Below are positions 46,852-56,243 of a DNA stretch of 64,000 nucleotides, piece after piece (within the stretch, counting starts at the first letter, position 1; every line of letters starts with the position of its first letter). The stretch is from Candidatus Uhrbacteria bacterium (GTDB lineage: Bacteria > Patescibacteriota > Patescibacteriia > UBA9934). The position numbers and the translations under genes were made by a program. Under the pieces are notes generated by a model. It ran no database searches and was not told the origin of the DNA. It worked only from the letters and a program-made list of their open reading frames with translations. The stretch covers positions 9,890 through 73,889 of the forward strand of contig JABHCP010000007.1 of NCBI GenBank assembly GCA_018673485.1, given 5' to 3'.

Positions 46852-48135
46852 CTACTTCACCATCTTGTCTCGTAGAATGTCTAGTGTTTTCTTATTCTTC
46901 ATCTGCATTTCTACGTAGTCGCGATATTGTGGTGATTGGATGTACTTCTTCTGGTCTTCTTTCTCGTACTTCTCTGCTACTTTTACGATCTCAGCATCCA
47001 ATTCCTTTGCTTCAACCTTTACGTCTTCGAGCTTTGCAATTTCCTTTAGCAGCAATGCTACTTTTACTCGAGTGAGTGCGTTGGTTGCGAAGTCGAGTTT
47101 CATGTCAGCGAAAGTTTTTCCAATTGATGTTAGGTATTCTTCAAACTCTACACCGCGTTGGGCTACAGCTTGCTTCATTTCATTGATCATCTTATCAACT
47201 TCTTGATTCACTAGCAGGTCTGGGATGTCATCAAAGTTTGATTTACCGGAAAGCAATTCAAGCATTTCCTTTTCTTGTCGTCGATCCTCTTCAACCTGAT
47301 TTTCCTTTGTAAGATTCTCGATTAGTTTACCCTCAAGGTCTTTAACGTCCTTCATTCCCAAGTTCTTAGCAAAAGCGTCGTCAAACTTTGGAGTGTCAAG
47401 ATTGAATATTTCCTTAACCTCAACTGTGAACTCGATCTCAGCTCCAGCCATGTGCTTTTGGTAGTGATCCTTTGGGAACGTTAGAGTGAAAGTTTTTACA
47501 TCTCCTTCTTTTGATCCTAATATTTGATCGATGAAGCCATCAACGTAGTAGCTCTCTGATGTGTAGATGCCGTGGTCTTGTCCTTCCCCACCTTCAACTA
47601 CAACACCATCCTTTTTCATTGTCAGATTAACTACAACCTTGTCGCCTTGTTTGAGCTCAGTTCCTGACTTGGCTCGAACTTCTTTTGTCTGCATGCCAAC
47701 TAAGTCCTTCTTTGCTTGATCAATAAGCTCTTGCTTTGGAGCAGAGTCCTGCTTTTTTATTGATAGCTTGCTGTAGTCAGCGAGCTTTTGGATCGAGGGC
47801 ATAAGTGAGACCTCAGCAGTGAATTCCATATCGTTTCCTGGAGCCATTTTGTTCATGTTGAAGTATGGCTGGCCAACAGAGTCGATCTTCTCTTCCAAAA
47901 GTGCTTTCATAAAAGCTGTGCGAACAAGCCCTTCAGTTGCTTCCTCAAGAATCTTCATTTCACCAACACGCTTCTCGATGGTCGCGTAGTCAGCTTTTCC
48001 TGGTCGAAATCCTGCGATCTCCGTATTTTCACCAATCCGCGTTGCAGCTTCCTTCATCGCTTCTTTAACCTGCTCAGCTGGAATTGTAATAGTGAAAGTG
48101 ACCTTATTCTTCTCTGTTTTTACTGTGTGTGACAT
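46852..48135 (-). CDS. tig: trigger factor
   Basis: N-terminal ribosome-binding domain, PPIase and C-terminal domain architecture; start taken at MSHTVKTEK. Confidence 0.9.
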   Translation of the reverse strand: MSHTVKTEKNKVTFTITIPAEQVKEAMKEAATRIGENTEIAGFRPGKADYATIEKRVGEMKILEEATEGLVRTAFMKALLEEKIDSVGQPYFNMNKMAPGNDMEFTAEVSLMPSIQKLADYSKLSIKKQDSAPKQELIDQAKKDLVGMQTKEVRAKSGTELKQGDKVVVNLTMKKDGVVVEGGEGQDHGIYTSESYYVDGFIDQILGSKEGDVKTFTLTFPKDHYQKHMAGAEIEFTVEVKEIFNLDTPKFDDAFAKNLGMKDVKDLEGKLIENLTKENQVEEDRRQEKEMLELLSGKSNFDDIPDLLVNQEVDKMINEMKQAVAQRGVEFEEYLTSIGKTFADMKLDFATNALTRVKVALLLKEIAKLEDVKVEAKELDAEIVKVAEKYEKEDQKKYIQSPQYRDYVEMQMKNKKTLDILRDKMVK

Positions 48136-48258
48136 AAAATTTATTCTCAAAGTGATTTGATTTACGAGCGGAGTATGTCGAATTTAGAGGATTTTGTCAA
48201 TGATTTGATCAGAACACAGACGTAAGACTTTAGACTCCAGAGCAAGGTCCGGTATTCT

Positions 48259-48288
48259 CAAGGTTGAACCTTTAAAGGTTCAACCTTG
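48259..48288. repeat. 30-bp perfect palindrome CAAGGTTGAACCTTTAAAGGTTCAACCTTG
   Basis: relative of 20294..20323. Confidence 0.7.
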
Positions 48289-48385
48289 GCGGTAAACCAT
48301 TGATATTATTGAGTATTTGTGATTACATGCACTTGTCGAAATCAATCGGCGAGTTTCTGGCGAGTACGTCAGATTGGGGTGAGTA

Positions 48386-48922
48386 ATGAGTGTTCCAATG
48401 ATCGGTGATAGCGGTGTGCTCCTGCAGGTTTCAACGATGAGGGCCAATGCTGTCATGCGACTTCTGAGTATGGAGTGCTTCCGTGTAGTGCCCTTCCTGA
48501 TCGATGCTCGTGAGGAGTTCCGTCCCAGCGACTGGTTTAGGACCATCGGTGAGTTCCATGAGTGGGTCATGCAGAGTTCAGAGACGCAGTTTGCTGACAA
48601 GCTCCGTGCGGCATGGGGACAGATCGAAGCGGATCTATATGCCAGAAATATCCCAGCTAACCTTGAAGTTGTGGCCAACCGCATTCGAGCGTTCAAGCTG
48701 CCTAAGGGTACGGAGCGGATTGAATGGTCCCGGGATGGCAAGAACATTGTCATTGAAATCAACGACTGGCATGACGAATTCGATAGCTTGGAACGCTTCC
48801 TGGAACTTCTTGCAAAAGATGCTTGGCGATCGAACGATGACGTACATGCGCATAGCGTCATCCGGCTCGCTCAAGAACTCCTCGCGCTCGACAACTTCCC
48901 GATCCGTAGACCTACCGACTAG
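48386..48922 (+). CDS. hypothetical protein (178 aa) in a high-GC islet
   Basis: the plus-strand ORF has a normal composition; the overlapping minus ORF is a Ser/Arg-rich artefact. Confidence 0.5.
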   Translation: MSVPMIGDSGVLLQVSTMRANAVMRLLSMECFRVVPFLIDAREEFRPSDWFRTIGEFHEWVMQSSETQFADKLRAAWGQIEADLYARNIPANLEVVANRIRAFKLPKGTERIEWSRDGKNIVIEINDWHDEFDSLERFLELLAKDAWRSNDDVHAHSVIRLAQELLALDNFPIRRPTD

Positions 48923-48927
48923 GTAGG

Positions 48928-48947
48928 CTGAGTTCGATCGAACTCAG
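48928..48947. repeat. 20-bp perfect palindrome CTGAGTTCGATCGAACTCAG
   Basis: CGATCG-centred family; immediately after the 48922 stop. Confidence 0.7.
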
Positions 48948-48949
48948 CG

Positions 48950-48986
48950 TCCCCGCGCCCACTCGGCGCGGGGTTCTTGTTTTTTA
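48950..48986 (+). terminator. intrinsic terminator
   Basis: CCCCGCGCC-CACT-GGCGCGGGG followed by TTCTTGTTTTTT. Confidence 0.65.
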
Positions 48987-49055
48987 AAACGAAAGAGCCG
49001 ACTCGCGCCGGCCCTTTTTTATCTGTGTACTGTGAACTGCGTACTGTGCACTTCA

Positions 49056-51047
49056 TTAAATAATCAATGCCACGATAAGCAGTGCAATGATGTTTACGAT
49101 CTTGATCATTGGGTTGATCGCAGGTCCGGCTGTGTCCTTGTAAGGATCTCCAACAGTATCTCCTGTGATTGATGCTTCGTGTGCTAGTGATTTCTTTCCA
49201 CCGTAGTTTCCAATCTCGATGTACTTCTTTGCATTGTCCCAAGCACCACCACCTGTGGTCATAGAGATTGCTAGGAAGAGTCCAGTTACGATTGATCCGA
49301 TTAGCAATCCACCGAGCGCCTCAGGCCCTAGGAATACACCAACGAGAATTGTAGCGACAATTGGAATAAGTGCCGGAACGATCATCTGACCAAGCGCCGC
49401 CTTTGTAACAATGTCAACGCAGGCGCCGTATTCTGGTTTTCCAGTTCCGTCCATGATTCCTTTAATCTCTTTAAACTGACGTCGAACTTCTTCAACGACT
49501 TTTGCTGCAGCGACTCCAACAGCCTCCATGGCAAACGCTGCAAACATATACGGAAGTAGCCCACCAATTAGTAGTCCAGCTATAACGTATGGATTTGAAA
49601 GTGAGAATGTAAATGCATGACCAGCAGCTAAGAGCTCTTCAGTGTAGGTTGCAAATAATACAGTTGCAGCGAGCCCTGCTGACGCGATTGCGTATCCTTT
49701 TGTAACTGCTTTTGTTGTATTTCCAACAGCGTCTAGTTTGTCTGTTGTTTCTCGCACTTCAGCTGAGAGTCCTGCCATTTCAGCAATTCCTCCAGCGTTA
49801 TCTGTAACTGGTCCGTAAGCGTCGAGTGTCACGATTAGTCCTGCAAGGGATAGCATAGACATAACAGCCATCGCTGCTCCGTAGATGTCAGCAAGCGCGT
49901 ATGAGGTCAAAAGCCCAGCAACGATTACGAGTACTGGCAATGCAGTAGATCGCATTGAAAGCGCCAATCCTGAGATTACGTTTGTTCCGTGTCCAGTCTG
50001 TGAGGCCTCGGCAACCTTACGTACAGGCTTGTAGTCAGTAGATGTGTAGTACTCAGTGATTACAACCATTAGTGCAGTCACAACTAGTCCAACTATTAAT
50101 GACCAGAAAATGCTATTTGCATCGATGCCTTCAACTCCACCTAACAACCAGTGTGTTAGTGGGTAGAAAGCTGCGGCAGATAGTAGTCCGCTAACAATTA
50201 GTCCTTTGTAAAGTGCAGTCATGATTCCCTGCTTTGATCCAAGTCGGATAAAGTAGATTCCGATAATTGTTGCAATAATTGCCACTGCTCCAACAGCGAG
50301 TGGGAATGTAATGATGGCCTCAACGTCTCCAAAGATTAGAAGACCAACAAGCATAGCTGCCATTGTTGAAACCACGTAGGTTTCATAGAGGTCAGCTGCC
50401 ATTCCAGCGCAATCTCCAACGTTGTCTCCAACATTGTCAGCAATCACTGCTGGGTTACGTGGATCATCTTCTGGAATTCCGGCTTCAACTTTCCCAACAA
50501 GGTCAGCTCCAACGTCGGCTGCCTTTGTAAAGATTCCACCACCTAGTCGTGCAAAGACGGAGATTAATGAACCTCCAAATCCAAGCCCGATTAGAGCATG
50601 TACGTCGTGTGTGAAGTAGTAAAAACCAGCTGATCCTAGGAGTCCAAGTGTTACCACGAAGAGTCCAGTAACAGCACCTGACTTAACTGCAACGTTAAGT
50701 GCTGGCGCGAGCCCATCTTTTGCTGCAACTGTTGTGCGTACGTTTGCGCGAACAGATACAAGCATTCCAATGTAGCCTGCGATTCCAGACAAGATTGCAC
50801 CGAGCGCGAATCCTGCTGCTGTGGTCCAGTTTAGGAAGAACCCGAGAAGTAGAAATACTACAACTCCGATAAGTCCAATCACGCGATACTGTCGCGCAAG
50901 GTAGGCGTTTGCTCCTTCTTGAATTGCAAGAGCAATACCTTTCATTTTTCCTTCACCTGAAGGAAGCTTCATGATCCATGAGATCAAAAAGACGGTATAA
51001 ATGATCGCTGCGATCGAGATCAACATCGCTATAAGCGTTATATCCAT
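49056..51047 (-). CDS. hppA: membrane-bound proton/sodium-translocating pyrophosphatase
   Basis: [21 protein letters not shown] signature; 663 aa polytopic. Confidence 0.9.
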   Translation of the reverse strand: MDITLIAMLISIAAIIYTVFLISWIMKLPSGEGKMKGIALAIQEGANAYLARQYRVIGLIGVVVFLLLGFFLNWTTAAGFALGAILSGIAGYIGMLVSVRANVRTTVAAKDGLAPALNVAVKSGAVTGLFVVTLGLLGSAGFYYFTHDVHALIGLGFGGSLISVFARLGGGIFTKAADVGADLVGKVEAGIPEDDPRNPAVIADNVGDNVGDCAGMAADLYETYVVSTMAAMLVGLLIFGDVEAIITFPLAVGAVAIIATIIGIYFIRLGSKQGIMTALYKGLIVSGLLSAAAFYPLTHWLLGGVEGIDANSIFWSLIVGLVVTALMVVITEYYTSTDYKPVRKVAEASQTGHGTNVISGLALSMRSTALPVLVIVAGLLTSYALADIYGAAMAVMSMLSLAGLIVTLDAYGPVTDNAGGIAEMAGLSAEVRETTDKLDAVGNTTKAVTKGYAIASAGLAATVLFATYTEELLAAGHAFTFSLSNPYVIAGLLIGGLLPYMFAAFAMEAVGVAAAKVVEEVRRQFKEIKGIMDGTGKPEYGACVDIVTKAALGQMIVPALIPIVATILVGVFLGPEALGGLLIGSIVTGLFLAISMTTGGGAWDNAKKYIEIGNYGGKKSLAHEASITGDTVGDPYKDTAGPAINPMIKIVNIIALLIVALII

Positions 51048-51186
51048 AGAAAGATCTAGGTAATAAGTAATTTATAAGCGGTGTAATGATACGAATCGTG
51101 AGCGGTATTGTCAACGCATTGAGTTTATAAGCCCCACCACCTTGCCTATAGAAAGGTCACCAGTGTTAGTTAAAAAATAGCTGATT

Positions 51187-52611
51187 TTGATTGACTTTTG
51201 GGTCATCTTTTGCTATGGTTATCTATGTTCTAAACATTACCCCATTGGTATAAAAGAGCGATTTAAACAATTCATTGTCGCACATACGCTCAAGGCTGTT
51301 CGTATCCTTATTAGGATCAAGCCTGTTTTTTTGCGTGCACTCAATTCTATATCTGCACCACTAAAGGCTGTTGCGAAAGTTTTGGTATTTGTTCTTGTGC
51401 CAGTTTATCAATTGCTATTTTCAATTAAAAGACATTTGGTTGCGGTTTATAAGCCTGCAAAAAACAAGATGATGTTCTTGATAGCTAATCGGTATACGGT
51501 TCACGGTGTGATCATTGCTATGGTGCTTGTGGTGGGTGTATTGAATTTACAAACCAGTATAGTTCGCGCTGAGGGGTTTGGTGAACGTAGTCTGATGTAT
51601 GCGCTTGTTGCAGAAGATGCTGGGCGGATCGTTCAGGAGTATGCAAGCGATGACAGCGCGTTAAGTGTTTCGGCGGTTGAATATCGAGAACGTACCGGAG
51701 TATCCATGGCCCTTACTCAAATGAGCGCGGTTTTAGAAGAAGGCACAGTTGTACCTGAGGATGGATTATATGGTGGAGGCGCGCTTGTCGCAGCACCCCT
51801 ATCAGACACGCAAGAAGTATCTTTCGTCGCAACTGACAGGTCAGACATTGAGTCCTATGCAGTTGCAGGTGGTGACACTTTGTCATCAATTGCAAATAAA
51901 TATGATCTTTCAATTAATACTTTGCTTTGGGCAAACAATTTAAGTGTAACCTCGGTGCTGCAACCCGGAGACACACTCACAATCTTGCCACTCGACGGCG
52001 TAGTGCACACAGTTTCAAGCGGAGATACCATTGCGCAGATTTCATATGATTACGATATCGATCAGCAAACAATCCTTGATTATAACGGAATGAGTAGCGG
52101 TTCGGTTCTATCAATCGGTAATGAGCTTGTTGTGCCAGGTGGTGAAAAGCAAGCTTCAACTCGATCAACAAGCAGCGCTATAAGTTCATTGTTTACCGCG
52201 CCATCAACAGCCAGCGCGCCGACCACCATCTCTTCTGGTCAAGCGACTGGTTCTGGCTATCTTGTGTGGCCAACAGACTTGCGTGTTATCACACAATATT
52301 ACAACTGGCGTCACACCGGCCTTGATGTTGACTGTTATTATGATAACTATAACTACGCATCAGACGCTGGATACGTTACTTTCTCTGGATGGAATGGCGG
52401 CTACGGATATGTAATTGACGTTGATCATGGAAATGGAATTGTAACTCGTTACGCACATAACGCGGCATTATACGTGTCAGCTGGTCAGTACGTGTCAGCC
52501 GGAGAAGCAATTGGACTTTGTGGTACCACCGGATATTCAACAGGAACACATCTGCATTACGAGGTGATTGTAAACGGAGTAAAGAAAAACCCACTGGAAT
52601 ACATTCGATAA
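51187..52611 (+). CDS. LysM-domain M23 family peptidase
   Basis: two LysM motifs and a C-terminal M23 HxxxD...HLHYE block; the true start may be internal. Confidence 0.8.
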   Translation: MIDFWVIFCYGYLCSKHYPIGIKERFKQFIVAHTLKAVRILIRIKPVFLRALNSISAPLKAVAKVLVFVLVPVYQLLFSIKRHLVAVYKPAKNKMMFLIANRYTVHGVIIAMVLVVGVLNLQTSIVRAEGFGERSLMYALVAEDAGRIVQEYASDDSALSVSAVEYRERTGVSMALTQMSAVLEEGTVVPEDGLYGGGALVAAPLSDTQEVSFVATDRSDIESYAVAGGDTLSSIANKYDLSINTLLWANNLSVTSVLQPGDTLTILPLDGVVHTVSSGDTIAQISYDYDIDQQTILDYNGMSSGSVLSIGNELVVPGGEKQASTRSTSSAISSLFTAPSTASAPTTISSGQATGSGYLVWPTDLRVITQYYNWRHTGLDVDCYYDNYNYASDAGYVTFSGWNGGYGYVIDVDHGNGIVTRYAHNAALYVSAGQYVSAGEAIGLCGTTGYSTGTHLHYEVIVNGVKKNPLEYIR

Positions 52612-52617
52612 TAAATT

Positions 52618-52652
52618 TTAAAAACACCTTGCTTCACGCAGGGTGTTTTTTT
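52618..52652 (+). terminator. intrinsic terminator
   Basis: AAAAACACC...GGGTGTTTTTTT. Confidence 0.6.
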
Positions 52653-52672
52653 ACTTGGTAAAAATGATTGTT

Positions 52673-52710
52673 ATTTTCATGATAGGTTCGATCGAACCTA
52701 TCATGAAAAT
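52673..52710. repeat. 38-bp perfect palindrome centred on CGATCG
   Basis: ATTTTCATGATAGGTTCGATCGAACCTATCATGAAAAT abutting the stop codon of 52710..53252. Confidence 0.8.
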
Positions 52711-53252
52711 TATATTTCTGAAGCATGGAATATTTTCACCCAATCCGAGTTTTTAAATTTTATGCTAAAAAGCCTAGAAAGGTCGTCGCTTACATTCTTT
52801 TTGGTAGTCCAAACACTTCGGTGCATTTGCTTGAATCCGATTCGTTTTAATAGGTGTCTAATTTGTCTTCGAATTAGCTTTTGACTTTCAGGTATATCAA
52901 AAGATACAACACACAATTGGTTTGAGGGCAGATAGTTGGCGTTCATACTTTTTAATCTAAGGTATTCTTCAATCCCTTTTTCTGTAAGCGATATATAGTA
53001 TTGATCAGCGATTTTGTTTTCTAAAATAAATTTCTTTTGACGCAATTTTTTCAGTGTTTGTTTTCGGCTCCATTTTTCTTTGTTGTGCAAATACTTTCTT
53101 GCTCCGTTTATCCCAAACCTAACCACAAGACCTGGCCTAGCTAGGCCGAAGTGGAGATCGGATATTGAATTACCAATTTCAACAAGAAGATTTGATGTTC
53201 TAGAGTTAGTTATTAGTGGATATTTGTTTTCACGATGTGTTCGATCGGACAT
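52710..53252 (-). CDS. hypothetical protein with winged-HTH-like N-terminal region and Cas2/PaaX-C-like C-terminal motif
   Basis: YISLTEKGIEEYL wing; VVSFDIPESQKLIRRQIRHLLKRIGFKQMHRSVWT resembles the Cas2/PaaX_C core; gene is bracketed by CGATCG palindromes. Confidence 0.45.
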   Translation of the reverse strand: MSDRTHRENKYPLITNSRTSNLLVEIGNSISDLHFGLARPGLVVRFGINGARKYLHNKEKWSRKQTLKKLRQKKFILENKIADQYYISLTEKGIEEYLRLKSMNANYLPSNQLCVVSFDIPESQKLIRRQIRHLLKRIGFKQMHRSVWTTKKNVSDDLSRLFSIKFKNSDWVKIFHASEI

Positions 53253-53256
53253 ATCT
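53235..53256. repeat. imperfect CGATCG-centred palindrome overlapping the start codon
   Basis: GATGTGTTCGATCGGACATATC. Confidence 0.5.
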
Positions 53257-53276
53257 TGATTATTATTTATTGCGAG

Positions 53277-54794
53277 CTAGAACCTTGTACATCGATATCT
53301 TAGCGCCTCGGCGAGGTGGTTGATTTCTATATTTTCAGATGCGCATAGGTCTGCGATTGTTCTGGCAACTTTTAGTGTGCGTGTATAAGCGCGAGCTGAT
53401 AGTTGATACTGATCGATCGCTTTTTTTAAAATCACAATACTAGAATCATCAAGTTTGCAGAATTTCCCTAAAAGCCTGGTCGTTAGTTGATCATTAGTTG
53501 CGATAGGTAACTTTTTGTATCTAGACAGTTGTATTTGTCGGGCCTTGGTTATTCTTTTTTTGATGTTTTTTGAGGATTCGCTGACTTGGTTTGATGTTAG
53601 TTTGTCGAATTCAACTCTAGGCACATTAATTGTAATATCAATCCGGTCCAATATCGGACCTGATAGTTTTCTTTTGTATTTTTGGATTTGTCCTGGGGTG
53701 CATTCGCATGGTCTCTTTGGGTCGTGCAGAAAACCACACGAGCAAGGGTTCATCGCCGCAACTAGCATGAAGTTTGAGGGAAAGGTGATTGTTCCAGATG
53801 CGCGTGCGATAGTGACACACTTGTCTTCGAGTGGTTGCCGTAGATTCTCGATTGTCTTGCGAGTAAATTCAGCAAACTCATCCATAAATAGTATTCCATT
53901 GTGCGCGAGTGAGACTTCACCCGGCCTGGGCCACGTTCCCCCACCGATTAGTGCAGTGCTCGAACTTGTGTGATGTGGATGTCTAAAAGGCCTCTCGGTT
54001 AGTAGATAGGTTTCATCAAGAAGTCCAGAGATAGAATATATCTTTGTAGTTTCAAGTGATTCATCAAATTGCAAAGATGGTAGTATCGATGGAATTGCTC
54101 TGGCCAGCATGGTTTTTCCAGATCCTGGTGGCCCAACCATTAGCATATTGTGATTTCCAGCAGCGGCGATTTCCAGGGCGCGTTTAACATGATCCTGCCC
54201 CCGAACGTCTGAAAAGTCGATTAGGTTTTTAGGAGTTGGTTTTTTGGAGGGCTTGTGAGCGTGACAGTCGAGCTCTGAGTTCTCTCGTAGCTTGCTGACA
54301 AGCTCCTGGAGCGTGTTTGCGGTGCATGTACTAACATCCTTCACGATTGATGCTTCATGGGCGTTGTCGGGTGCTACTACCACGCGATCAAGTTTTCGAT
54401 CTTTGCACATTGTGGCAGCCAAGAGCGCACCTTGCACTGGTCTGATCTCGCCGTCGAGCGATAGCTCTCCTAAGAAGACTGATGTTTTTGTTATGTTCGT
54501 CTGTGATATCGCGCCAGAGGCGATTAATATGCTCAAAGCAATGGGTAGGTCATACATTGGTCCTTGTTTTTTGAGGTTTGCCGGTGCGAGGTTGACTGTG
54601 ACTCGCGTTCTAGGAAAGGTTAGCCCACTATTTTTAATAGCAGCGCGAATACGTTCGCGCGATTCGGAAATTGCCGCATCTGGCAATCCTACTATGGTAA
54701 ACCTTGGTAAGCCTGAAGAAATGTCAGCCTCCACTCGCACTGGGACGCTTTTGAGCCCAACGTGGGCTGAAGAATAAATAAAAGAAGATCCCAT
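53277..54794 (-). CDS. YifB/ComM-family Mg-chelatase-like AAA+ ATPase
   Basis: N-terminal Lon-protease-like ChlI region, Walker A GPPGSGKT; 505 aa. Confidence 0.85.
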   Translation of the reverse strand: MGSSFIYSSAHVGLKSVPVRVEADISSGLPRFTIVGLPDAAISESRERIRAAIKNSGLTFPRTRVTVNLAPANLKKQGPMYDLPIALSILIASGAISQTNITKTSVFLGELSLDGEIRPVQGALLAATMCKDRKLDRVVVAPDNAHEASIVKDVSTCTANTLQELVSKLRENSELDCHAHKPSKKPTPKNLIDFSDVRGQDHVKRALEIAAAGNHNMLMVGPPGSGKTMLARAIPSILPSLQFDESLETTKIYSISGLLDETYLLTERPFRHPHHTSSSTALIGGGTWPRPGEVSLAHNGILFMDEFAEFTRKTIENLRQPLEDKCVTIARASGTITFPSNFMLVAAMNPCSCGFLHDPKRPCECTPGQIQKYKRKLSGPILDRIDITINVPRVEFDKLTSNQVSESSKNIKKRITKARQIQLSRYKKLPIATNDQLTTRLLGKFCKLDDSSIVILKKAIDQYQLSARAYTRTLKVARTIADLCASENIEINHLAEALRYRCTRF

Positions 54795-54836
54795 ACACCA
54801 AAAGTGTTGGGAATGTTGAATTAGTAGCGCCTACTA

Positions 54837-55286
54837 TTAACGCTTCTTCATGTCCGTACTAAAACTATACCACAGGGTGATGAAAACTCCAGAGACGATG
54901 AGGATATCTGCTAGGTTGATTGCGGAAAGATTGAAAAATATTAGATAATCCGTCGTAAATCCATTTATGATTCTGTCGATAAAATTGTTGAGAGCGCCCG
55001 CAAGGATGAGTATCGTGGGTGCTGCGTATACTGATGTCTCCTTATAGAACTTGATCGCTAGGTAGAAGATTGAAACGATAATGATTCCTGAGACGACCAA
55101 CGTTGCCCATATAGGAATCGGTATGCTAAATGCGATACCGTAGTTTCTGTGCGTGAAAAGGCAGAAGATTGAATCCAAACAACCTTCCTGGAAAAAAGAA
55201 GGCTGTTTTATTGCTACATATTTGAATGCCCCGTCGATTATAGTTATCGCGATGGCGATGGATAGGGCGAGCGCGTTACGTTTCAT
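54837..55286 (-). CDS. lspA: lipoprotein signal peptidase II
   Basis: NYGIAFSI and FIDRIINGFTTDY conserved boxes; 4 TM. Confidence 0.8.
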   Translation of the reverse strand: MKRNALALSIAIAITIIDGAFKYVAIKQPSFFQEGCLDSIFCLFTHRNYGIAFSIPIPIWATLVVSGIIIVSIFYLAIKFYKETSVYAAPTILILAGALNNFIDRIINGFTTDYLIFFNLSAINLADILIVSGVFITLWYSFSTDMKKR

Positions 55287-55660
55287 TACAATTCTTGCGT
55301 TAGAGTCTTTTTACATGCAACACATGATGTCGATGTTGGTCGAGCGCGCAATCTATCTTCTGTAATATCAGTTTCGCAGTATTTACACACTCCGTATGCT
55401 GATTTTTCGATTCGATCTATTGCGTTTTTAATATCTCTGACTTCTTTTTCCAATTTGTCCTCTAGTGCCAGGTTGTTGCTATAAGTTGCTACTTCTCCAG
55501 CATTTTCATCCTCGTCATCACCATACTCTGGAAATTTGGATACAAAATCAGCACGCGTTGCCTTTGGGTCTTGTTTGGCAAAGCCAGATAGGTCTTTGAT
55601 TATTTGTGATAGTTCTTTTTCGAGACGTTCTTTCATCTCAAGAACAAATTGTTCATTCAT
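55286..55660 (-). CDS. DksA/TraR-family C4 zinc-finger protein
   Basis: coiled-coil N-terminus and CKYC...CVAC finger. Confidence 0.75.
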   Translation of the reverse strand: MNEQFVLEMKERLEKELSQIIKDLSGFAKQDPKATRADFVSKFPEYGDDEDENAGEVATYSNNLALEDKLEKEVRDIKNAIDRIEKSAYGVCKYCETDITEDRLRARPTSTSCVACKKTLTQEL

Positions 55661-56161
55661 ACGTAACTGATTATCTCATTATTTATCAAAATTATCCAGC
55701 AACTTCATGAAAAGTGTCTTTCGATCATAAAATAAAAATGAGAAAAAGAAAAGAGCGCGTGCTCTACGGACTGTATTTATATAAATATTCCGGAGCTCGC
55801 GCCCACGAATGGGTGTAGGGACACCGTTGTGGGCGTGGGGTTCTGCTCAGATTAGTACATCTGTTCAAAACTCCACGTCCATCGGCGTCTAGACCTATAT
55901 ATCCCATTAAAGGACAACTGCCCTGCCATGTACTGGCTGGACCGGTAAGACGGTTTTGCCACGTTCGATCCGCTTGTTCCCCAAGAATGCAAGCGAACTA
56001 ACACCGCAGCGCAGTAGGGCTGTTCCCCGAAAGTGGGTTCGGGAAACTTCCCCTGACGTCGTCAGGTGTTGTAGAAAGAGCTATGTTCTATATATATTGT
56101 ATTCAGTTGAACACATATTGTCAAACGTGCAATACCCTGTGTTAACAGGGTATTCTTGCTA

Positions 56162-56234
56162 TGTGGATAAAATATTTACACATTACTTATGCATGCCTGT
56201 GGATAAGTTGGGGTTTATCACAGGTTTATCCACA
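56162..56234. promoter_or_regulatory. cluster of three perfect DnaA boxes
   Basis: TGTGGATAA at 56162 and 56198 (reverse) and TTATCCACA at 56226 within 73 bp. Confidence 0.55.
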
Positions 56235-56243
56235 GGCTGTGTA

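Noticed and set aside
48280-48861. Minus-strand ORF overlapping 48386..48922
   Set aside because: Ser/Arg-rich artefactual composition; the plus-strand ORF has promoter-proximal context and terminators downstream
56215-56223. Fourth DnaA box TTATCACAG in the 56162-56234 cluster
   Set aside because: Four mismatches to TTATCCACA when aligned strictly; counted only as degenerate
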